In this document: positions 44,685 to 58,733 of the stretch, in pieces
How positions within the stretch are numbered: the stretch's first letter is position 1
Layout of the letters: the number at the start of each line of letters is the position of its first letter
Program-made: the position numbers and the translations under genes
Assembly (NCBI RefSeq): GCF_018350175.1
Contig: NC_058368.1
Coordinates: 117,058,001 to 117,122,000 of the forward strand
Origin: Felis catus
Lineage: Eukaryota
Direction of reading: 5' to 3'
Length of the DNA: 64,000 nt
Notes under the pieces: generated by a model
What the model was told of the DNA's origin: nothing
Databases searched by the model: none
The model's input: the letters and a program-made list of their open reading frames with translations, nothing else

Positions 44685-47108
44685 ATGACTAAATACCTGA
44701 GATTCAGACACTGCAGAGGATTGGCCCTGCTGTTTGTGCTTCTGTGGACGCTATGCAAGACTGGATCCGGGCAGATCCACTACTCAGTGCAAGAGGAACT
44801 GGACAAAGGTTCCTTTGTGGGCAACATCTCCAAGAACCTGGGATTGGAGCCCTGGGAGCTGGCGGAGCGTGGAGTCCGCATCATCTCTAGAGGTAGGACG
44901 CAGCTCTTTGCTCTGAACCCGCGAAGCGGCAGCTTGGTCACCGCAAGCAGGATAGACCGGGAGGAGCTCTGCGCTCAGAGCGCGCTGTGTCTTGTAAAAT
45001 TTAACGTCCTTGTAGAAGACAAATTGAAAATTTTTGAAGTAGAAATAGAAATTAAAGACATTAATGATAATGCTCCTGATTTTCTAACAGAGAAATTGGA
45101 AATAAAAATTGGCGAACTAGCGGCTCCTGGAACTCGATTTCCACTTAAGACTGCATTTGACCCAGATGTGGGCATGAACTCCCTTCAGAACTACCATCTC
45201 CACCCCAATGACTACTTTTCTCTGACTGTGAAGCATGTCTCTGATGGGACCAAGTACCCAGAGCTGGTGTTGGAGAGGGCTCTGGACCGTGAACAAAAGA
45301 AAGTTCATCAGCTTGTCCTCATTGCTTCTGATGGTGGGAATCCTGTCCACTCTGGCAACTTGTACATCCAAGTGATAGTTTTGGATGCAAATGACAACCC
45401 ACCAGTATTTACTCAATCTGAGTATCAATTAAGTATTCAAGAGAACTTGCCAGTGGGTACCACACTGCTCACAGTGAATGCCACTGACCCTGATGAAGGA
45501 TTCAATGCTCAAGTGTCCTATATTCTAGATAAAATGCCTGGGAAAGTCGCTGAGATTTTTTATCTCAATTCAGTGACTGGAGATATATCAATATTAAAAA
45601 GTCTAGATTATGAGGATGCTATGTTCTATGAAATTAAAATTGAAGCACAAGATGGACCTGGTCTCCTTTCAAGAGCTAAGATTTTAGTCACAGTTCTGGA
45701 TGTGAATGACAATGCCCCAGAAGTAACAATCACTTCTCTTACTGAATCAGTCCCAGAAGAGGCTACTGCTGGAAGAGAAATTGCCCTTATCAATGTGCAT
45801 GACCGAGATTCTGGGCAAAATGGACAAGTCACAGTTTTTGTCCTGGGAAATGTGCCATTTAATTTAGAAAAATCAATAGACCAGTATTACCGCTTAGTGA
45901 CAGCCAGATCTCTGGATCGTGAACAGGTGTCTGAATATAACATCACTCTCAGAGCCACAGATGGAGGAAGCCCCCCACTGTCCACGAACATTCATATCAC
46001 TCTGCATGTTGCAGACATCAATGACAACCCACCTGCTTTCAGTCAGGCCTCATATTCAGCCTACATTCCCGAAAACAATCCCAGGGGAGCTTCCATCTTC
46101 TGTGTGACCGCCCAGGATCCCGACAGCATCCAGAACGCCCACATCACTTTCGCACTGACTGAGGATACCATCCAGGGGGCGCCTCTATCCACTTATGTCT
46201 CCATCAATTCCGACACCGGTGTCCTGTATGCTCTCCGTTCCTTTGACTACGAGCAGGTTAGAGACCTGCAGCTATTGGTGACAGCCAGTGACAGTGGGAA
46301 CCCACCCCTCAGCAGCAATGTGTCACTGAGCATATTCGTGCTGGACCAGAATGACAATGCTCCAGAAATCCTGTATCCCGCTCTCCCCACTGATGGTTCC
46401 ACAGGCGTGGAGCTGGCGCCCCGATCCGCAGAGCCCGGCTACCTGGTGACCAAGGTGGTGGCGGTGGACAGAGACTCTGGCCAGAACGCCTGGCTGTCCT
46501 ACCGTCTACTCAAGGCCAGCGAGCCAGGGCTCTTCACGGTGGGGCTGCACACGGGCGAGGTGCGCACTGCACGGGCCCTGCTGGACAGAGATGCGCTCAA
46601 GCAAAGCCTAGTGGTAGCTGTGCAAGACCACGGCCAGCCCCCTCTCTCGGCCACCGTCACGCTCACCGTGGCCGTAGCTGACAACATCCCAGACGTCCTG
46701 GCCGATCTGGGCAGCATCAGGACCGCCGCCGACCCAGACGATTCTGACCTCACACTGTACCTGGTGGTGGCGGTGGCTGCAGTCTCCTGCATCTTTCTGG
46801 CCTTTGTGATCGTGCTGCTGGGACTCAGGCTGAGGCGCTGGCACTCGTCCCGTCTGCTCCAGGCTGCGGGGGTTGGATTGGCTGGCGTGCCCGCCACGCA
46901 CTTTGTGGGCGTGGATGGGGTGCGCACTTTCCTGCAGACCTATTCCCAGGAGGTCTCCCTCAGGGCGGACTCCCGGGAGAGTCACGTGATCTTCCCGCAG
47001 CCCAACTATGCCGACACGCTCCTCAGCGGAGAAAGCTGTGGGAAAAGCGAGTCTTTCCTGGTATCTCAAGATTTACTGGAAACGAAAGGAGACCCCAACC
47101 TACTCGAG
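44685..47108 (+). CDS. PCDHGA3: Protocadherin gamma-A3 variable first exon
   Basis: Signal peptide, six cadherin repeats, TM; 2424 nt to phase-0 donor gag|gtaggt; third gamma-A exon in order. Confidence 0.9.
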
Positions 47109-48499
47109 GTAGGTTTATTTCTTTATTGGAATATTATAAAGAACAGGTATGCCAGTGTGATTTTATAAAGATTTAATATACATTTATTTGAAAATAAAGC
47201 AACATGGTAGTCATTAGTTCTGTTGTTTAAATAATTAGTTCCTCTCTTCTTTTGGGCGGTTGGTAGAGCGGATCTTCCTGACCTGGTTATGACCGAGTGG
47301 GTCTAGGTAACTAGTTCTGGCCAATATATTGTAAATGAAGGTAATATGTGCTTCTCCCTGGGGAAAGCTCCCGATGGCATTGCAAGAATTTCCAGATCTC
47401 TAAGTTATTTTTTGAAATTGTGACTCTTCCTTCTACCTTATTGCTTGAATAACTACACCAAGAAAGAGCCCTGTGGTTGTCCTACATTGATGTGTATACC
47501 TGTGATAAATAGACCTTCTTCATCTTAACTTCCTGTGATTTGAAGTTTGTCACTCCAACTACTTAGCTTATCCTGACTGATACAAGTAAAAAATATGAAT
47601 ATTAGATATTTTAGTCTCCAATAAAATGATGCTCAGCTCCTACCAAGCCAGGCCAAACTCTTCATCTCAATGACATAAAAATTGTTGCGTAAAAAATGTA
47701 CAGATTGGTCAAATGGTTTTACCTGTCCTGTAGTCCTTACTATGTATACCGAAAGTATGTGTGGGTGATTGTGTGCACTCATACTGATTTCAGCCTTTTG
47801 CTTGAAGGTGGGAAGGTCAATTGCCTAAATCATTATGAGTCTTGGAGTGGCATGTCTTGTCCTTTGAGAAGGATTTTTTTAAAATGCAAGGAGATATGTC
47901 TCAGCCTCAGCAGGAGATTTCCAGACCAGCCACTCCAACAATGGAATAGGAGTCCTACAAGTCTTTTGAGCCAGAAATTGTTGGCCTATTTTGAAATTTA
48001 TGAAATTATATTCACCCATGAAATCACCTCAGAGAGTCAAACAAAATGAGACCAAATATAATTCATTAGAATTCAAATAAAGGAACCAATATCTCCGTCA
48101 ATATATTAGAAAGATATATATTCAAGAGTGTGAGACGTGGGGCCTGAGCAAAATAACTGAGAGCAGAGAAAGGTATATTTTCACTCAAACGTGCAATACA
48201 GTACAGGAAAAAAGGCCCATAATCTTCAAAATACCTTCTTTAAGGAAAAATCTTTATAATACTAGTATCACTTTCCTCGTAAAGAGAAAAATTATTAAAT
48301 GGATAGTGCCACGGGAACTCTAGATACTCAAAGAGAATTTTCTAAGAATCCTATATAAAACAAAGCCTAAATATTAGATAAATAACATTTATCTAAATAT
48401 TGTGAAAGTGTACAGATAGTACAAAGGCAGTACAATTTCTATCTACTTGTATAGATAATGAAAAGTCTCAGATATTCCATTTTCACCATACAGGACTTA

Positions 48500-48715
48500 A
48501 AAATTTTTTTTTAGAAGTTATTTATTTTTGAGAGAGAGACACACAGAACCCAAGAGGGGGAGGGCAGAGAGAAAGGGAGACACAGTATCAGAAGGAGGCT
48601 TCAGGCTCTAAGCTGTCAGCGTAGAGCCCAATGCGGGGCTCGAACTCACGAGCCGTGAGATCATGACCTGAGCCGAAGTCAGATGCTCAACCGACTGAGC
48701 TATCCAGGTGCCCCC
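48500..48715 (-). mobile_element. Can-SINE
   Basis: Reverse-complement SINE. Confidence 0.88.
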
Positions 48716-49767
48716 ACCAAAAACTACATTTAAAAGGATGGGCAAGAATTCATTACAACAGAAAGGTGGAGGATTTATGGCAAAAGGAACAGAAAATATA
48801 AAGTCATGAGGTAGAGAAAAAAATGAAAATAACATCTTTGGAAAATAGATAATCATCTGTTTTGACTGGGGTGTAATATGAGTATGGTGGGTGCAAAGCA
48901 GTGGAATAAATCACTACATTGGTATATAATTTGGCAGTGCATTTGAAATAAAGGTATTTGCTTTAGTTACCCATTATGAGTTCAGAGATCAAAGGCTAAG
49001 TTCCAAAATGAAGTGTCTAAGGATTCTCAATGCCTCTCCAATATTTACTAGTGATCAAGTCAAATTCATTGGTATAAATTCAATGGTATAAATGGTATAA
49101 ATCAGCTGGAGCTGAGTATTGGGATTATGGAGGTTGTATATACATTAATATAGTAAAAAGCACTGATTGCATAAAAATAAGTAAAATAAATCTTTCACAA
49201 GATTCAGCTGTATAAAAGCAGGTGTACTAAATTAGTCACTTTAAAATATTAGGCTGTGCTGTGCTGTACTTAATGGGAAGATTACCTATGTTTTAAAAAA
49301 TTGAGCAATATATTAAAATAAGTCTAGGGTCTTGATTCACTCTTTTTTTTGCAAAGACTGTATCTTTGAAAAGTATTACTGAGTTGATAACATATTTATG
49401 GAGAGAGTTAAAATAAGGGAGGTTATGCATTTTACAAAAATGTAGGGATCATAGTATCCGCTCAAATGTGGGTAAAAAGCCAGTAATTTTTTGGTTACAT
49501 CCATACTAGTCATGCCAGTGTTTGTAAATACAGTGGAACCATTAAAGACATTTTTGGCCCCAAAACTGAAAAAAAAAAAAAGGTTGTATGCCATGTGAAA
49601 TTTTTTAATACAAAAAAGAATGTAAAATGATGGCAACACTTATGAAATAATAAAGATAGAAAATATCCAATTTAGAGGAGAAAAATGAGTATTTGTTTTT
49701 TTTACACCAAATAAAAAGACAACATACATAAAGAGCTTACCCTTTGAGAGTAAATGGCTCCGCAATA

Positions 49768-49807
49768 TGCAATTCTCCCAGACAACCTCCGAGCGCCGCT
49801 GTTGACC
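49768..49807 (+). promoter_or_regulatory. CSE of the PCDHGB1 promoter
   Basis: tgcaattc...aacctccgagcgccgctgttgacc. Confidence 0.85.
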
Positions 49808-50023
49808 AAAGGGAAGAAAGGGGTTCTCAGTTCTGCGTGAAAGTTGGGCAGTGTTTTCCTGCTTTGTCTTGCGCACATCAGAACTCGGAGGCAGCGCCAG
49901 TGCACCCACCAGTTCCTGACAAACAAGTCCTACCCTCAAATCACAAAAGTCTAGGTGCTGTCACTGATTTTTTTAAACATCCCAGAGACATCCTGAAAAG
50001 AAGCTTCCCGGAGAGTTCAAAAA

Positions 50024-52438
50024 ATGCAAAGAAGCTCCAGAAAAGCCAAATGGATGAAAATTCAGGTACTGTTTCTCTTCCTGCTGTCTTTGTTGTGGGG
50101 GACTATCTCCCAGCACATCCAGTACACAATTCCAGAGGAGCTGGCTAAAGGCTTGCGAGTGGGGAACGTCGCCAAGGACTTGAAGCTCAGTGTCCAGGAG
50201 TTGCCAGCTCGAAAACTGCGGGTTAGTGCAGATAATTTCTTCAGTGTGAGTGCAGAGAGTGGGGATTTGTTAGTGAACGGTAGGATAGATCGAGAGGAAA
50301 TTTGTGGGAGGAAATCCGAGTGTGCACTAGAATTTGAAATGGTCGCTGAAAATCCCATGAATGTTTTCCATGTGATTGTTACAATCCAAGATATTAACGA
50401 CAATGCACCACGTTTCATTGCAAAAGGCATTGACTTGGAGATCTGCGAGTCAGCCTTACCAGGTGTAAAATTCCCTCTGGATTCTGCACAAGATGCAGAT
50501 GTAGAAAGTAACTCCCTGAAGATATACACTATCAACCCCAATGAACATTTCTCCCTGACAACGAAGGGAAGTCCTGATGGGAGTAAATACCCAGAATTAC
50601 TGCTGGAAAAACCTCTGGACAGAGAACAGCAGAGTTCCTACCAGTTAATCCTGACTGCCATAGATGGTGGAGACCCTCCGTTAAGTGGAACCACCCAGAT
50701 CCAGATTCAGGTCACTGATGCCAATGATAATGCTCCATTGTTCAGCCAGGACACATACAGAGTTAACATCCAAGAAAACGTGCCCTGGGGGACTTCTGTG
50801 TTGCAAGTGATGGCCACCGACCAGGACCAGGGCGTTAATGCAGAGATTACCTATGCCTTCCTCAATGCCCCAACAAGTACCAGCCTTCTCTTCAATCTCA
50901 ACCCAAATACTGGTGACATTACAACCAATGGTACATTGGACTTTGAAGAGACCAGTAGATATATGTTGAGTGTAGAGGCCAAGGATGGAGGGGTACACAC
51001 CGCTCACTGTAATGTTCAGATTGAAATTGTTGATGAGAATGACAATGCCCCAGAGGTCACGGTGATGTCCTTTTCTAACCAGATTCCCGAGGACTCAGAC
51101 ATTGGAACCGTAATAGCTCTCTTTAAAGTGAGAGACCGAGACTCTGGGGAAAATGGACTGGTGAGGTGCTATATTCAGGAAGAAGTTCCCTTCAAACTAG
51201 AATCCACCTCCAAGAATTATTACAAGTTGGTGATTGACAATGCCCTAGATAGGGAACAGATGGCAGAGTACAATGTCACCATCACAGCCACTGACGAGGG
51301 CAAGCCATCCCTATCCTCCAGTACAGGTGTCACCCTGCATATCAGCGATGTCAACGACAACGCGCCGGTTTTCCACCAGGCCTCCTACGTGGTCCGCGTG
51401 ATGGAGAACAACCCTCCAGGAGCCTCCATCGCCCAAGTCAGCGCCTCCGACCCCGACCTGGGACCCAACGGCCGCGTGTCCTACTCCATCGTGGCCAGCG
51501 ACCTGGAGCCGCGGGCGCTGGCGTCCTACGTGTCCGTGAGCGCGCAGAGCGGCGTGGTGTTCGCGCAGCGCGCCTTCGACCACGAGCAGCTGCGCGCCTT
51601 CGAGCTGACGGTGCAGGCCCGCGACCAGGGCTCGCCCGCGCTCAGCGCCAACGTGAGCCTGCGCGTGTTGGTGGGCGACCGCAACGACAACGCGCCTAGG
51701 GTGCTGTACCCGGCGCTGGGGCCCGACGGCTCGGCGCTCTTCGACACGGTGCCGCGCGCCGCGCAGCCCGGCTACCTGGTCACCAAGGTGGTGGCGGTGG
51801 ACGCCGACTCGGGACACAATGCGTGGCTGTCGTACCACGTGCTGCAGGCCAGCGAGCCCGGACTCTTCAGCCTGGGGCTGCGCACGGGCGAGGTGCGCAC
51901 TGCGCGTGCTTTGGGCGACAGGGACGCGGCCCGCCAGCGCCTGCTGGTCGCCGTGCGGGACGGGGGACAGCCGCCCCTCTCTGCCACCGCCACGCTGCAC
52001 CTGGTTTTCGCCGACAGCCTCCAAGAAGTACTGCCGGATGTCAGCGACCGCCCTGAGCCCTCTGACCCCCAGGCCGAGCTGCAGTTTTACCTGGTGGTGG
52101 CTTTGGCCTTGATCTCGGTGCTCTTCCTCCTTGCGGTGATTCTGGCGGTGGCCCTGCGCCTGCGCCGCTCCCCCAGCCCTGCTGCCTGGGGCTGCTTTCA
52201 GTCAGGCCTCCGTTCCAAATCTGGACCTGGGGTTCTCCCCGATTACAGAGATGGGACTTTGCCTTATTCCTACAATCTGTGCGTTGCCTCACAATCAGCC
52301 AAGACAGAGTTTAATTTTTCCAACCTGAAACCAGAAATGACTCCACCTCAGGATCTTCTTTGTGAAGATCCTTGTATGGATGTATGTGCCCGCAGTGAAG
52401 ACCCCCAAATCGCTTATGACTCGTCTTTTGCCTCTCAC
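50024..52438 (+). CDS. PCDHGB1: Protocadherin gamma-B1 variable first exon
   Basis: Gamma-B signatures (LPARKLRVSA; QAELQFYLVVALALISVLF; TLPYSYNLC), six cadherin repeats; 2415 nt to phase-0 donor cac|gtgagt. The ATG at 50054 is an alternative start. Confidence 0.9.
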
Positions 52439-52960
52439 GTGAGTTTCTGCAAACATGCTTTTATTCTGAATTGTGCATAATTCTTTTGTTTATTGTTTTT
52501 CATTTTCCTAGTGATGGTAGTGGTAGAAGAAGTTTATTGGATGGGCAGAGACTGGTTCCTTATTTGCCCAATAGTCTTGGCAGTTACATAATTAGTATTT
52601 CTCAATCTGTACTGTTGGCAATTTTGTATGATCAAAAAATATTGGTAAGGAGAGCTCGTTCTGGGATGTCACCACCTTTAGTAAGAGTATTGTCCTTTCT
52701 TAGTTGATGTGTGATACTGTTTTTTTCAAGCTTTATTCTACATAAATGTACTGACAGTCCTTCCTGCTTAAGTTAAAGTCCATCAAATCTATTATAGTTT
52801 TTTCATCTTTTTGTTGCAATGTGTATTCTTAATAGAACTTTCCAAGAGTTAAGTTTCTTAGCACTTCTTTGCCTTCTCACATGTGGCAAACAGTGATTTG
52901 GATCACTAGTTTCCAGTGAATTTTATTCCCACTCCATAGTCTCATTCAAAAATAATTTTG

Positions 52961-53275
52961 GGGGGCACCTGTCTTGCTCAGTTAGTAGAATCTATGACTC
53001 TCCATCTAGGGTTTGTGGGTTCAAGCCCCATGCTGGGTGTAGAGATTCCTTAAAAATAAAATCTTTTAAAAAACAACTATCTTGGGGCACCTGGATGGCT
53101 CAGTCAGTTAAGCATCCAACTCTTGATTTTGGCTCAGGTCATGATCTCACAGTTCGTGAGTTTGAGCCCTGTGTTGTGCTCTGTAGTGGTAGTGTGGAGC
53201 CTGCTTAGGATTCTCTCTCCCTCTCTCTGCCCTTCCTTTGCTTGCTATGTCTCTCTCAAAAATAAACTTTAAAAA
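52961..53275 (+). mobile_element. Two adjacent Can-SINEs (short at ~52961, full at ~53084)
   Basis: Two ggggcacctg heads, each with an A-rich tail. Confidence 0.82.
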
Positions 53276-53722
53276 ATATATTGAAAAATAACCTTCTTAA
53301 CCATTATGTAATAACTTATTTTTATACCCTCTACTTTGTTGCTGTTGTGATGAGGAATGTAATGAACCTTTTTGTGTATAAAGCCTCTTTCTTAATTCTT
53401 TTTTTTAGTATAGGTTTCTGAGAAGTGAGTCAAAGTTTTTTGAAACACCTCATTTTACCTCTTAATCCCCAACAATTTGTGAGTTCTTTGAGGATTGTGA
53501 AAATTACCTTTAGTATGCTCTCCAAAATTTGATGACTTTAATACTCTGAATAAACAATAGCCTTTCTTGTCTGATAGAATTCATAAGTAACTTCTAGAAG
53601 GTAATTATTATGTGAGGAAAAATCTAAAGAACTGGCTACTTGCTGCTTTATATTAAGTTTTCTACGATTAGTAAGTTACTCAAAGTATTCATGTGTAAGA
53701 AAACTCTGAAACATGCAATGAT

Positions 53723-53746
53723 AACACACACACACACACACACACA
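53723..53746. repeat. (AC)n microsatellite
   Basis: About 12 perfect units. Confidence 0.9.
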
Positions 53747-54640
53747 TATATATGAAAACTTTCCTTTTAGTGGTTATTTCTAAAATCAAACTTAAAGTAA
53801 ACTTATAGATAATAGTAAAATAATACTTTCTGGATGTGTCTTTATGTGGTACTGAATATTGTCTGCTGTTTACATACAAAACTTCAGTTTAACTTTTCTG
53901 TCTTTTTTATCTTTATTATTTATTTTTAATATCAGAGTTATTTACCAATTGTTTTAGGGCTTTGCGTTTATATTAGTGATGCACTCATTAAACAATGAAA
54001 AACTGAGTATCTACTCTATGAAAGGTGCTGTTCTAAAATTTGAGGACAGACTGTGAACATGATAGTCACAAACATAGCTGTGGTCTAAAATTTTCTTTAT
54101 ACAAAATTAATAAACCAATTACCTTCCCAAACCTATTATCATATTTGCCAACCCCATTTGCTCTGGGGTAAGACTAGCTCTTGAACAGTAGATGTTTTTT
54201 ACAAGAGAATTGAAAAGTTGCCCATATTTTAAAGGGTCAACTCATGTGAGGGAATTTGTTTCTGGATAGGAAGGGACTAGAGCTCAGACCTCCAACTTCC
54301 CCGACCTGACACAGTTTTTTCACCTATTCTTTCATTCTTCAAGTTAATCCTTGTTCCTGTAAAGGATAAATGTGTCACTCACACAATGCACTGTACTGAA
54401 AATGGGCTATGAAAATAAATAATGGAAAAACTTAGAAGAGAAAAAATTGTTAGAAAAAATCACCATATTTTCTTTAAAAACAAATAAATTACTTTAGAGG
54501 GCTTATTGTACAGTAACATTTGGGTCAAGCCTGGATTTTTATTACAAATAAAATAATGGGAGCTTGAATTTTATTCTTTTGGGGAGAAATAAATTATGGA
54601 AAAGAAATGGTATAAACATCTTTTCTTTACCAAGAATAGA

Positions 54641-54680
54641 TTGCAGTAACAGGTTAGGACTCTGAGTGTCGCTGTTCACC
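54641..54680 (+). promoter_or_regulatory. CSE of the PCDHGA4 promoter
   Basis: ttgcagtaac...ggactctgagtgtcgctgttcacc. Confidence 0.85.
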
Positions 54681-54897
54681 AGTCAGGGGAAAAAGACAAC
54701 AAGGAATTTAATCCAAACCACAAGATTTCTGCATCACAAAGCAGTAGCCCTGTGGCTTTGGGAAGCTTCAGACTGGACCCCAGAACTCCATCATCCAACG
54801 GTGAAAGCATATAATCTTGGACCCTGAAGATTCTGGGGCTCCTCTGACCTCCACTAAGGGAGCACCCAAGTGCAAGCTATTCCGTAGCGGGGCTGCA

Positions 54898-57321
54898 ATG
54901 GCGGCTCCTCCTTATCGGCCAGACTGCAGCCGGCTGGTCAGGATCTGCGTTCTCCTGGGGGCTCTGTGGGAAATACAGGCGGAACAGATACGATACTCGG
55001 TGCCTGAGGAGCTGGACAAAGGCTCTTACGTGGGCAACATCGCCAAGGACCTGGGACTGGAGCCCCGGGAACTGTCAGAGCGGGGAGTCCGCATCATCTC
55101 CAGAGGTAGGACGCATCTCTTTGCTCTGAACCCTCGAAGCGGCAGCTTGGTCACCGCGGGTAAGATAGACCGGGAAGAGCTCTGTGAGAGATCTCCAAAG
55201 TGTGTAGTAAGCCTGGAGATTCTTCTGGAGGACAAAGTGAAGATTTTTGGAATAGAAGTGGAAATAATCGATGTTAATGATAACGCACCCAACTTTGGGA
55301 TAGAGCAAAGGGAAATAAAAGTCGCTGAAAATGAAAATCCTGGGACAAGATTTCCTCTTCCTGAAGCTTTTGATCCAGATGTAGGGGTCAACTCCCTGCA
55401 GGGTTACCAGCTCAGTTCAAATGTTCACTTCTCCCTAGATGTGCAAAGTGGAGTGGATGGCATTAAGTACCCTGAGCTGGTGCTGGAGCTTGCCCTAGAT
55501 AGAGAAGAAGAGGCGGTTCACCACCTCCTCCTCACCGCCTTTGATGGAGGCGACCTGGTTCGCTCTGGCACTGTCGAGATTCATGTAACTCTTGTGGATA
55601 CCAACGACAATGCTCCTGCATTTACTCAGCCAGAGTACCACGTGAATGTTCCGGAGAATGTGCCAGTGGGCTACTGGCTACTCACTGTAAAGGCCACTGA
55701 TCCAGATGAAGGAGCCAATGGAGAAGTAACATATTCTTTCCGCAAAGTGAGTGATAAAATGTCCCAACTATTCCAGTTGAATTCTTTGACTGGGGACATA
55801 ACAATAGTGGGGGATCTAGATTATGAAGACTCTGGATTCTATGATATAGATGTAGAAGCCCATGATGGACCTGGTCTCCGAGCCAGAAGTAAAGTTCTGG
55901 TGACAGTTCTGGATGTAAATGACAATGCTCCAGAAGTCACAGTTACATCTCTCACCAGCTCTATCCAAGAAACTTCTTCCCCAGGTACAGTAATTGCACT
56001 TTTCAATGTGCATGACAGTGATTCAGGAGAGAATGGCCTTGTCACATGTTCTATTCTGGATAATCTGCCATTCACACTTGAAAAGACCTATGGAAATTAT
56101 CATCGTCTGTCGACACAAAGAACACTGGATAGGGAAGAAGTCTCAGAATATAACATCACAGTAACTTCCACTGATCATGGAACTCCACCACTGTCTACAG
56201 AAACTCACATCTCATTGCATGTGGCAGACATCAACGACAACCCACCTACTTTCCCTCATGCTTCCTACTCTGCCTACATTCCTGAAAACAACCCTAGAGG
56301 AGCTTCCATTTTATCCATGTCTGCCCAGGACCCTGACAGCATTGAGAATGCCAGAGTAACTTACTCCTTAGCTGAGGACACACTCCACGGGATGCCTCTC
56401 TCCTTCTATGTTTCCATCAACTCTGATACTGGTGTCCTGTATGCATTGTGCTCTTTCGACTATGAGCAGGTTAGAGACCTGCAACTACTAGTGACAGCCA
56501 GCGACAGTGGGGACCCTCCACTCAGCAGCAATGTGTCCTTGAGTATTTTTGTTCTGGATCAGAACGACAATTCCCCTGAAATCCTGTACCCTGCTCTCCC
56601 CACTGACGGTTCCATAGGCGTGGAGCTGGCACCCCGATCAGCAGAGCCTGGCTACCTGGTGACCAAGGTGGTGGCAGTGGACAGAGACTCTGGCCAGAAC
56701 GCCTGGCTGTCCTACCGTCTACTCAAGGCCAGCGAGCCAGGGCTCTTCACGGTGGGGCTGCACACGGGCGAGGTGCGCACTGCACGGGCCCTGCTGGACA
56801 GAGATGCGCTCAAGCAGAGTCTGGTGGTGGCGGTGCTGGACCACGGCCAACCCCCTCTCTCAGCCACTGTCACACTCACAGTGGCGGTGGCTGAAAGCAT
56901 TCCAGAAGTCCTGGCTGACCTGAGCAGCCTCAAGCCCTCAGCCTATGCTGATGACTCTAGCCTCACGCTGTACCTGGTGGTGGCGGTGGCCACAGTTTCC
57001 TGTGTCTTCCTTGCCTTTGTCATTGTTCTGCTGGCGCTCAGGCTGAGGCGCTGGCACACTTCGCGTCAGCTCCAGGCTGTGGGGGTCGGATTGGCTGGAG
57101 TGCCAGCCTCGCACTTTGTGGGCGTGGATGGGGTGCGCACTTTCCTGCAGACCTATTCCCAGGAGGTCTCCCTCAGGGCAGACTCCAGGGAGAGTCACGT
57201 GATCTTCCCCCAGCCCAACTATGCCGACACGCTCCTCAGCCAGGAGAGCTGTGGGAAAAGCGAGCCTCTTCTCATAACTCAGGATTTACTTGAAACAAAA
57301 GGAGACCCTGGTTCTCATCAG
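54898..57321 (+). CDS. PCDHGA4: Protocadherin gamma-A4 variable first exon
   Basis: ATG in gcaATGg context (MAAPPYRPD...), six cadherin repeats, TM; 2424 nt to phase-0 donor cag|gtgagt; follows B1 as in the known order. Confidence 0.9.
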
Positions 57322-57719
57322 GTGAGTCAATCTTGCCGCACCAAAACATGGGCAAAGAGCTATATAAATGTCTCCAACTGTATAAGGTAGGTAATTGATG
57401 AAGTAAAGGCATTTTTTTTTTTTTTAGTATTCTATTACTTTAAAGGGGAGGAGCAGATGATTCCTCAAGAATAATCAATAGCAGTTAGTACTCCTAAAAG
57501 CTGTTTATTATTTATCATTTTTAGTCTTCATGTAGTTACAGTTTCAACAACAATTTCTTAACTATATATCTCTAACCATCTCTCTTCAATAGAAGACTAT
57601 TTTTAACTGTCCTCTTTTTTACACTTTGCTTGAAGTTTGTTTTTCCTTGAAAGGGTATTTTCCATTATAATTAAACAAACAGTGGCAATTTATAAATATT
57701 GGAGAAAATATTAACCTTT

Positions 57720-57985
57720 ATTTATTTATTTAGTATAATTTATTATCAAATTAGCTAACATACAGTGTGTACAGAGTGCTCTTGGTTTTGGGGGTAGATT
57801 TCCATGATTCACCGCTTATGTACAACACCCAGTGCTCATCCCAACAAGTGCCCTTCTCAATGCCCATCACCCATTTTTCCCTCCCTCATCCCCCCATCAA
57901 CCTTCAGTTTGTTCTCTGTATTTAAGAGTCTCTTATGGTGTGCCTCCTTCCCTCTCTGTTTGTAACTATTTTTCCCCTCCCCCAA
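57720..57985 (-). mobile_element. Carnivore LINE-1 3' UTR end
   Basis: Similar to 24215-24410; flanked by aaaat(a)att(a/ag)(a)cttt-like repeats. Confidence 0.7.
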
Positions 57986-58624
57986 AATAATTAGCTTTTA
58001 GGTCTAATTTTAACAAGGATAGCTCTCATTAGGATTGGTATATTTCAAATATTTTGTTGTTGCAGTTTGTGAGATACACCAGTAGTGACTATATGTGATT
58101 CCTTTGGCTCACTTCTGGGATTATGAAAAATATTGCACATTTTATTTCACTCATCTTTAAGTAGGTTGAAGGAATAATTTTAATAATTTATAAATTTCCT
58201 ATTATGGCATCACAGTGAGACCCTTTTCAATTTCTAAGGAAAACATACCTTTCAAAATCTCTCCTTTTTCATCATGAGAGTCACTTGTGGAGATTGGGTA
58301 ACTTAGATTCTGAACTGATATGATTTATGCTACTTAGTAAGTAGGCCTCATCCCTGTTCCTGAAAATTGCTCTCAGGTAGCTCTGAGATGGCTCTGGGAT
58401 GATCTGATATGGGGGAAATATTTTGTGTTCAAGGGATATGCAACACTTTTGTTAAATGTGCCTTCATTTAGTTCCATGATATAATTAAGAATTCAAGAGT
58501 GTGTAGGGCAACACAAATTAGTGCTCTTTCATAGCTGGGAACTGTAGCAGTAAACTGTGAACTATGCCTCAATTCAATTTAAGAAAGGGCATTTTAGTTT
58601 TAAAAAAAAATTTACTTATTTAAA

Positions 58625-58733
58625 ACAATTTTCTTTTTAGTTTAAGTAATCTCTACACCCAACATGGGGCTCAAACTCATGACCCCAAGATCAAGAGTCA
58701 CATGCTTTTTGGACTGAGCCACACAAGCACCCT
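58625..58733 (-). mobile_element. Short Can-SINE
   Basis: ctctacacccaacatggggctcaaactcatgaccccaagatcaagagtc...gactgagcc. Confidence 0.75.

Noticed and set aside
48374..48396. 10-bp inverted repeat ttagataaat / atttatctaa
   Set aside because: Short and AT-rich; plausible by chance in 64 kb.
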